DNA of 32,000 nucleotides from the NCBI GenBank assembly GCA_944386325.1, contig CALXAP010000010.1:11473-43472 (forward strand), read 5' to 3'. Position numbers and translations under genes: made by a program. The notes under the pieces were generated by a model. The model worked only from the letters and a program-made list of their open reading frames with translations. It did not search any database and was not told the DNA's origin. Positions 25,560 to 32,000 of this stretch are shown one piece after another (the stretch's first letter is position 1; each line of letters starts with the position of its first letter). The stretch comes from an uncultured Clostridia bacterium. GTDB taxonomy: Bacteria; Bacillota; Clostridia; TANB77; CAG-508.

Positions 25560-25588
25560 ATTATATCATTCACATTTTCCTTTTGCAA
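25560..25588 (-). promoter_or_regulatory. Near-consensus sigma-A promoter inside the capsule locus, upstream of the sortase-substrate gene
   Basis: The minus strand reads TTGCAA (25588-25583), a 17 nt spacer, then TATAAT (25565-25560). Confidence 0.5.
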
Positions 25589-25656
25589 CACTTTTGTTAA
25601 AACTTTTTAGCAAAATTTTGTGTGGTTAGTGTGCTATGGGTTATTATGTACTTATT

Positions 25657-26799
25657 TTAGCTTTTTATTAGCTTTTTTGCTATGTTTTTTGTTTTTCTTA
25701 AAACTTTTCTTATTATACTTACTTTTATACATTTTTGCATATTTTCTATTACAGGCATCTTATCTAAATTATCAAAAAATTTCTGTCTATTTTTATGCAT
25801 CGGAACATTGCCATGATGATTATATGAAAATGCCAACTCTTTATCTACTTCTTTGTATGACATATTATTTTTTATTTCATCAAAAATTCTCATTCCTTTT
25901 TCTGTATTTACAGTTATTAAAGAAATTCCTGTATCATTATCAATTATATCTGGAATCACTTTTTCAACTCCCCAAAAATCACCAATAGTAAAATCAGAAA
26001 TCCTATTTGTAGAAGAAAATTGACAACTATGACAAGATGGCCTTCCTAATAATTCATTAACAAAAGCCAAAAAATATGTATTTTCCTTTTCTATATATCC
26101 ATTCTTATATTTTATAACAGGTGTTTGATTTCTCCACCCAGTGTCTTTACTTCTAAAAAAAACACTTACAACCTTATTTTGCTTACTCTTTTCCAACTCA
26201 TCTATATATTTTTTAAATACTTTTGGTGATGGATTAGCATGACAAATAATTTCACATAATATCAATTTTTCATAATTCTCTTTTAAAAATACATTTAAAG
26301 CATTACATTGACATGGTGTTCCAGTAAACAGAACCCATCTATCCTGTTCTAAAAATTCTTTAACCTTCTCATATGAATTACCTATATCACTTCTTAAATA
26401 TTTAGACCCCTGAAACTTTTTACAATCTTCTAAATTTTCATAATGATTATGTTGTACTTTTAAATCTTGTCCATATTCAACACCAAATACCACTCCATTT
26501 TTTCGAATAACATATTTAGCTAAAATATAAAAAATACCACCTGAAGAACTATTTTTTAACTCTTCTTTATTATTATTTATAGCCATAAATGCTTTTCCAA
26601 AGCTATCTGAATTATTATAATTACTACAAATATTTTTACATTTATTACATTTTATACATTTACTTTCATCTATTACTGGATAATAAAACCCCTCATTATC
26701 TTCAATCATTTTTATAGCATTTACTGGGCAGCCTATTGTACATATACCACAGCCATTACAATCTTTTTTATTATGAGTTTCTAAATATATATTTTTCAT
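25657..26799 (-). CDS. 4Fe-4S dicluster protein with a coenzyme F420 hydrogenase/dehydrogenase beta (FrhB)-like C-terminal domain
   Basis: The N-terminus has two ferredoxin Cys motifs, CNGCGICTIGCP and CIKCNKCKNIC. The size and its pairing with a pyruvyl transferase are typical of polysaccharide loci. Confidence 0.7.
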   Translation of the reverse strand: MKNIYLETHNKKDCNGCGICTIGCPVNAIKMIEDNEGFYYPVIDESKCIKCNKCKNICSNYNNSDSFGKAFMAINNNKEELKNSSSGGIFYILAKYVIRKNGVVFGVEYGQDLKVQHNHYENLEDCKKFQGSKYLRSDIGNSYEKVKEFLEQDRWVLFTGTPCQCNALNVFLKENYEKLILCEIICHANPSPKVFKKYIDELEKSKQNKVVSVFFRSKDTGWRNQTPVIKYKNGYIEKENTYFLAFVNELLGRPSCHSCQFSSTNRISDFTIGDFWGVEKVIPDIIDNDTGISLITVNTEKGMRIFDEIKNNMSYKEVDKELAFSYNHHGNVPMHKNRQKFFDNLDKMPVIENMQKCIKVSIIRKVLRKTKNIAKKLIKS

Positions 26800-28215
26800 T
26801 TATGTACTCCCTTTATTAAATTTACTTGTAATCATATCAATCATAAATTTAATATTATTTTTATTTACTATAATACAATATATAATTGTTATAATTATTG
26901 AAAAAATATTTAAAATTATATTATTTATATAATAAATAACAACTAATATTATTAACATTATAATTGTCCTAATAAGCATCATTTTATTTACTTTTAAATT
27001 AACATATTTTTTCACATCAAAAATTCTATAGATTAACATAGATAAATAAGCAACAAATGTAGAAATAGACGCCGCATATAATCCTATAAAGTTTATTAGT
27101 AATAAATTAACAACTATATTTATAATAGCAGCACATACTGATATTTTAGCAACTTCCTTTGTTTTCTTTTTTGCAATATATACTACACTAATTAATCCTA
27201 TTCCTACATTTGCCAATGCCCCTAACATTAATATTGGTATTTGATTATATGCTTCATTATAAGCAGAATTTATCATAACAGGAAATACAATAGGCATAAA
27301 AGCAATAATTCCTAAACAAAGACAAGAAAATATCTCAAACATCGTATTTATTATTTTTGAAAAAAATTCACTATTGTCTTTATCATTAATATGCATTGAT
27401 GCTGATTCTGTCCAGGTCATATTAAAAATATTGTAAATTGTTATATATACAGATGGAAATTTATGAGCTATTGCAAGTACTCCGTTCGCTCCAACTCCCA
27501 ATATTGAACTTACAATAATTCTATCAGATGAGTTAAACACCCACCAGGATATAGCATTAGGAATTAATGGAATTGAATATTTCCACATTTTTCTTAAAAT
27601 AACTTTTCCAAAAGCTTTTAGCTTTATATACATATATACTCTTTTTGCAATAAATACATATACAAAACAAATTAAATTTGCTAAAAAACTAGCTGTTAAC
27701 ATTCCATAAGCTCCAAATTTAAAAATTACTATAAATAATATATTGAATAATATTGTTGAAACAGCTGTTATAAAACTTCCTATTGCATATGTTTTATTGT
27801 CGCCTAAGCCCCTAGAAATCTGTAACATAATAGAAGAAAAAATACATGCAATAACATTTGTAGCTAAAAAATATTTATATTCATTATGTATAAAGCCTGA
27901 TATGCATAAAAAGATAGCAATATATACAATAGATTGTATAATAACAGCAAAAATTGTTGTACTAATTATTTCAGTTATCTTATCTTTTTCACTTCTTACA
28001 TCTATTAAATATCTAAATACAGCTTGTTCAATTTGAAAAGTTATAATTGGCAACAATAAACTAATTAATGTATTTAATAAATCTACTACTCCATACTCTT
28101 CTGTTGACAAAACAGCAGTATATATTGGTAAAAGAAAAAATGTTATCATTTGAGTACAAATTTTACCAATTGTTATTATTGCAGTATTTTTTATTAATTG
28201 TTTTTCTCTATTCAT
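26800..28215 (-). CDS. wzx: Wzx-type oligosaccharide flippase (MOP superfamily)
   Basis: This is a 471-aa ORF with about 12-14 TM segments. The N-terminus LIKNTAIITIGKICTQMITFFLLPIYT is typical of the family. Confidence 0.8.
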   Translation of the reverse strand: MNREKQLIKNTAIITIGKICTQMITFFLLPIYTAVLSTEEYGVVDLLNTLISLLLPIITFQIEQAVFRYLIDVRSEKDKITEIISTTIFAVIIQSIVYIAIFLCISGFIHNEYKYFLATNVIACIFSSIMLQISRGLGDNKTYAIGSFITAVSTILFNILFIVIFKFGAYGMLTASFLANLICFVYVFIAKRVYMYIKLKAFGKVILRKMWKYSIPLIPNAISWWVFNSSDRIIVSSILGVGANGVLAIAHKFPSVYITIYNIFNMTWTESASMHINDKDNSEFFSKIINTMFEIFSCLCLGIIAFMPIVFPVMINSAYNEAYNQIPILMLGALANVGIGLISVVYIAKKKTKEVAKISVCAAIINIVVNLLLINFIGLYAASISTFVAYLSMLIYRIFDVKKYVNLKVNKMMLIRTIIMLIILVVIYYINNIILNIFSIIITIIYCIIVNKNNIKFMIDMITSKFNKGST

Positions 28216-29335
28216 GAATATCTTCCTTTTTTCCGTCTATTGCTTTTTTCAAAAAATTAATTGATTTTTCTCTTTCTTCTAATAAAATCTTATCTGATTC
28301 AGTATAATCAACCTCTTCTTTATAATTTTTATAATCTTTAAATTCATCTATTGTGTAATATATTCTATTTTTTATATGTAATTTATCTATTAAATCTGTT
28401 ACTCTACTTCCCGTTGTTTTATGTGGCACTACGAAAAATCTTTTATGAAATAATATAGAAAATACTGTTGCATGAAATGAAGTTGTAACAACATATTCTG
28501 CATTTTTTATCAATCTCACAAATTCTTCTGGTCCTTCAGTATATGCACTTTTCATAAAATTTACATAGTTATGTCTATCTCTTTTTTCAAAATTTATAAC
28601 TTTTAAATTAGTTTTTCTAGATAATTCATTCACTATTTTTACATACTCTTCATTTTCTTCTACATAATATGTTAAGATATATTTTTCATTAACATTATTA
28701 CTTAAATCAAATTCTTTCTCCCACTCTTTCCCAGAAATCAATAAAGTAGGATCTAATACAACTTCAATTTTTCTATTTAAAACTGGTTCTAATAAATCTT
28801 TTGCTGTTTTTTCACGAACAGATATATAATTCAACCTAGAAAGTTTAGTTTTATAATCTTCTTGCCCTAAAGAACTCTTTCCAATACTTGCCGCATATGA
28901 AACTCTGTTAATTTTATCTGAACCAAAATTTAATGTATATGCATCTGATAATCCTTTTGTTATATCTGGGTTCCATACTTGATCACTTCCTGTAATGTAG
29001 CAGTCAAGTTCTGGTGGGTTATTTTTTAATTCATTCACTGAATTATATTTACCTATAATTTTTAGATTTTTTTTGATAAAATTATTAAAATTATTAAATC
29101 TTTTTTTATTTTTATAAAAATATATAATTGATGAAATAATAGATTTGAATATACTTAATATATTTCTTTTATCTATTTTTAAAATTTTATATTGTTTATC
29201 AATTTCATAATTTATATAATTAATGAATTTAGCCTCATATTCTTTTTCTTCTAAAATTTTCTCCAATGCATATGCCTGCAGTGTTGCCCCATAATTATGT
29301 GCTCGATGAAAAGTTACTATTCCTATTTTTTTCAT
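28208..29335 (-). CDS. Polysaccharide pyruvyl transferase family protein
   Basis: MKKIGIVTFHRAHNYGATLQAYAL is the characteristic N-terminus, followed by ITGSDQVWNP. I prefer ATG 29335, with GGAGGA upstream, over the track's TTG at 29362. Confidence 0.78.
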   Translation of the reverse strand: MKKIGIVTFHRAHNYGATLQAYALEKILEEKEYEAKFINYINYEIDKQYKILKIDKRNILSIFKSIISSIIYFYKNKKRFNNFNNFIKKNLKIIGKYNSVNELKNNPPELDCYITGSDQVWNPDITKGLSDAYTLNFGSDKINRVSYAASIGKSSLGQEDYKTKLSRLNYISVREKTAKDLLEPVLNRKIEVVLDPTLLISGKEWEKEFDLSNNVNEKYILTYYVEENEEYVKIVNELSRKTNLKVINFEKRDRHNYVNFMKSAYTEGPEEFVRLIKNAEYVVTTSFHATVFSILFHKRFFVVPHKTTGSRVTDLIDKLHIKNRIYYTIDEFKDYKNYKEEVDYTESDKILLEEREKSINFLKKAIDGKKEDIHE

Positions 29336-29471
29336 GCTATCCTCCAATTCATGATTTAGCAATATTCTTTTAACAGTAAATTTCTTACCCCATTTTATGT
29401 TGCTAAAATCTCACTTCTTACAATTTGTTTGTTTAATAAACTATACTTATTGCTTTTACAGTAATACATTT

Positions 29472-30521
29472 TTATCTTCTAACAAATTTATCTTTTATCA
29501 TAGAAAATAATACACGAATTTTATAATATTTTAACAATATATTTACTTTTTTATTTTTTACACACCAACTCTGTAATTTAAAATGAATTGGAATGACTTT
29601 TAAGTCCATATTATTTATAATATTTATAAAATTTTTATTCTTTAACAGTTCATATATTATATTTTTTATTTCAAAATTATCTTTTATTTTTCTTTTATAT
29701 AAAGTAAATAACATATTCATAATCATATTACAATGAGCAGTATTTATGACTACTTCATATAAATTATTATATTTATTTCTCTCTAATATGTCTTTTAAAA
29801 TATAATTAACATTTAAAATTGTATAAATATTGTTTAATATATTATTCAAAGATTTAGTTATACTTTTTTGATTATTATAATAATGGTATATTTTCTTATT
29901 TGAAATATACATTGACATATCTGAAGTCAATAATTCAATATAAAAGATCGTATCTTCCATCATTGATATTTTTTCTTTAAAATATATTTTTTTGTTTATT
30001 AATTTATTTCTGTTTATTAGTAATAACCATACATATGATAGAAATTTTCCATTTAAAATATTTTTTAAAAGATTCTCTTTTATATCATTATTTTTATCTA
30101 TTTTTTCATTAGAAAACTCAAGTAAATTTCCTACACCACATATATTATTTTCATCATCTATATAATAATTTCCTCTTACTATATCAACTTTTTGATTTAT
30201 TATTTCATTATATAATGTATTTATACAATCATTTTCTAGCCAGTCATCTGAATCTACAAAAGCAATATATTTTCCAGTTGCTATATTTATAGCTGTATTT
30301 CTAGCACTTGATACCCCTTCATTTTTTTTATGTATTACTTTTATTCTTTTATCTAAATTTGCATATTCATCACAAATATTTTCTGAACCATCTGAAGAAC
30401 CATCATCTATTAATATAATTTCCAAGTTTGTATATGATTGTTTTATAACTGAGTCTAAACATCTATTCAAATTATCTTTAACATTATATATAGGAATTAT
30501 AATACTTATTAAATCATTCAA
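29472..30521 (-). CDS. Family 2 glycosyltransferase
   Basis: The protein has [42 protein letters not shown] and FVDSDDW (the DxD motif). Confidence 0.85.
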   Translation of the reverse strand: MNDLISIIIPIYNVKDNLNRCLDSVIKQSYTNLEIILIDDGSSDGSENICDEYANLDKRIKVIHKKNEGVSSARNTAINIATGKYIAFVDSDDWLENDCINTLYNEIINQKVDIVRGNYYIDDENNICGVGNLLEFSNEKIDKNNDIKENLLKNILNGKFLSYVWLLLINRNKLINKKIYFKEKISMMEDTIFYIELLTSDMSMYISNKKIYHYYNNQKSITKSLNNILNNIYTILNVNYILKDILERNKYNNLYEVVINTAHCNMIMNMLFTLYKRKIKDNFEIKNIIYELLKNKNFINIINNMDLKVIPIHFKLQSWCVKNKKVNILLKYYKIRVLFSMIKDKFVRR

Positions 30522-31641
30522 TTATTCTATCACCTATTTTTTCTTTGTAATATTTCTCTAATTTTTTTACTGATTTTATTATATCAAAATCAGAATTCTT
30601 TATTTTTGCATTTAACTTAATTCTATTATCTATGCACGTATCCTCTTTCATAATATTCTGTGCCCATAAACCTGCTGGCTCATTTAGGCTAATTCTAAAT
30701 ACATATTCACTTACATTAACTTCTTCTGGTAAAGTATCTGAAATAAAGCATTTTAAACCTGATGATTGGGCTTCTATCAAAACAATCCCTAGTCCCTCAA
30801 ATAAAGATGGAAACACAAAAACATCCATTGCACTCATATATTCATTTATTTTGTCAGTATTTTCTACATATACTATATTATCTTGTATATTCAAATTATT
30901 AGCTTTTTCCATTAATTTTTCTTTTAATTTGCCCTTGCCAATTAACAATAATACTGAATTACTTTTTATTTCTAATATTTCTTTAAATATTTCTAATAAA
31001 AATTTATGATTTTTTTGTTCTACAAGTCTACCTACATTTCCTACAACAAATTTATCTTCTATTTTTAATTTTTTTCTTATCATTAATCTATCTATTTCAC
31101 TAAATTTAAATTCATCAACATTAATACCATTATTAAGCACATCAAATGTTTTATGTTTAAATTTTTTAAACATGTATTCTCCAGCGTTTTTTGAGCATGC
31201 AACTTTTAAATATACATCTTTCTTTCTTATTTTTAGTTCTCCAATTTCACTCAATAATTTTGTTTTTATACTTGAAATTTTATGATTAGCAATATGAGAA
31301 TGTAAAATTATTTTTGATTTTGTATACTTTTTAGCATATATTATTCTTTCAAAGCAACTAAACTCCATCAAATGAAAATGTATATAATCATAATTAGATG
31401 ATTTAAAAAATCTCTTTAAATCATTTAAATATTTTACATAATTTTTTTTCCTTGAAGTTGTATAGTATATATTTGACTTTTCTAATAACTCATCCAAAAA
31501 ACATATTTTTTCACCTTTAAACGCCAAATAATCTAATTGAAATTGAGTATGATCAATATTTCTATAAACATTAATCAAATATTTTTCAATTCCTCCTAAA
31601 TTTGATGACATACCCACATGTAAAATCTTAATTTTTCTCAT
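30514..31641 (-). CDS. Family 4 (GT-B, Glycos_transf_1) glycosyltransferase
   Basis: This is a 375-aa ORF. The C-terminal half, [29 protein letters not shown], carries the EX7E-type motif. Confidence 0.82.
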   Translation of the reverse strand: MRKIKILHVGMSSNLGGIEKYLINVYRNIDHTQFQLDYLAFKGEKICFLDELLEKSNIYYTTSRKKNYVKYLNDLKRFFKSSNYDYIHFHLMEFSCFERIIYAKKYTKSKIILHSHIANHKISSIKTKLLSEIGELKIRKKDVYLKVACSKNAGEYMFKKFKHKTFDVLNNGINVDEFKFSEIDRLMIRKKLKIEDKFVVGNVGRLVEQKNHKFLLEIFKEILEIKSNSVLLLIGKGKLKEKLMEKANNLNIQDNIVYVENTDKINEYMSAMDVFVFPSLFEGLGIVLIEAQSSGLKCFISDTLPEEVNVSEYVFRISLNEPAGLWAQNIMKEDTCIDNRIKLNAKIKNSDFDIIKSVKKLEKYYKEKIGDRIIE

Positions 31642-32000
31642 TCTTTTTCCACCCTTTTAATTCATTATTTCTTGTTAATACTGTATACATTTGTATTAAA
31701 AGCATAAAATTAAGTCCTATATTTAAAACATGTGTTTCTACACAACCATATATTACTGTAACTATAAATATTATTGTTAATTTTCTATCATTTTCAATAA
31801 ATTTACCTGAAATATAAAATAAAATAAAATAAAATATATAAAAAATCCACCCTGAACCTAAAATAATATTTAAAAACGCATTATCAAGAGTTATACCTTT
31901 TAATAGATTATTTCCAACTATATTATATATATAATCACCGTTATTAATATAAAAATTATAAATAGATGGTCTTCCACTTAACAATTCGTTTAATTCGCTA
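31628..32000 (-). CDS. C-terminal part of a polytopic membrane protein, probably a Wzy-type polymerase (5' end beyond the window)
   Basis: The frame is open to position 32000 upstream of the track's TTG at 31984. It has hydrophobic segments, and the stop overlaps the GT4 start. The call rests on locus context only. Confidence 0.4.
   Translation of the reverse strand, partial: SELNELLSGRPSIYNFYINNGDYIYNIVGNNLLKGITLDNAFLNIILGSGWIFYIFYFILFYISGKFIENDRKLTIIFIVTVIYGCVETHVLNIGLNFMLLIQMYTVLTRNNELKGWKKNEKN

Noticed and set aside
2298-31009. These are the short ORFs in the supplied track that overlap longer genes on the same or the opposite strand: 2298-2480, 3131-3475, 4719-4931, 6296-6490, 6786-7052, 10979-11344, 12707-12916, 14228-14503, 18218-18400, 18498-18686, 19198-19461, 22729-23040, 23550-23921, 25620-25988, 27743-28036 and 30632-31009.
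   Set aside because: Each lies inside, or mostly inside, a longer gene with clear family motifs. Their translations are low-complexity F/L/I/S-rich strings typical of shadow frames in AT-rich DNA, and none has a convincing RBS.
1-32000. I looked for CRISPR arrays, rRNA genes, IS/transposase or integrase genes, and a canonical parS site.
   Set aside because: I saw no regularly spaced direct repeats, no rRNA-like GC-rich stretches, no DDE/serine/tyrosine recombinase-like ORFs and no CACGTG-centred parS.

Overview
This is a very AT-rich chromosomal segment that looks like a low-GC Firmicute (Clostridia-like). It holds about 30 genes, and all are on the minus strand except leuS and rqcH. Left to right the window contains four blocks. 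(1) 1-5.9 kb looks like a mobile-element or plasmid-derived block. It has a large thioester-domain/SpaA-repeat surface adhesin that is absent from the supplied ORF track because it runs off the window, a K/E-rich membrane-anchored protein, and a hypothetical-ParA-ParB operon. (2) 5.9-16.3 kb is housekeeping mixed with accessory genes: GNAT, queH, ruvB, a DUF4143 AAA+ ATPase, tRNA-Glu(CUC), mrnC, rbgA, rhuM, a second GNAT, small and membrane proteins, a solitary spoIIIAA-like ATPase, and a frameshifted nifS/iscS-like cysteine desulfurase. (3) 16.4-21.1 kb holds leuS and rqcH on the plus strand. (4) 21.1-32.0 kb is a Wzx/Wzy-type capsule/exopolysaccharide locus with a Wzy-like gene, GT4, GT2, pyruvyl transferase, Wzx, a FrhB-like Fe-S protein, CpsC, CpsD and CpsB. 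A sortase + LAYTG substrate + membrane protein module with its own promoter sits inside it. The observations I rate highest are these. (a) A REP/MITE-like intergenic repeat family has three same-orientation copies that bracket and split the leuS-rqcH block. (b) Two single-base frame breaks, in queH and nifS, both create an in-frame CGG with a Gly codon in +1; I found no other in-frame CGG in the window. (c) The corrected queH frame runs without a stop into the downstream GNAT, giving a latent QueH-GNAT fusion. (d) The sortase module is embedded in the capsule operon. No CRISPR array, rRNA or transposase gene was seen. All calls rest on manual reading and motif recognition, and no database search was possible.
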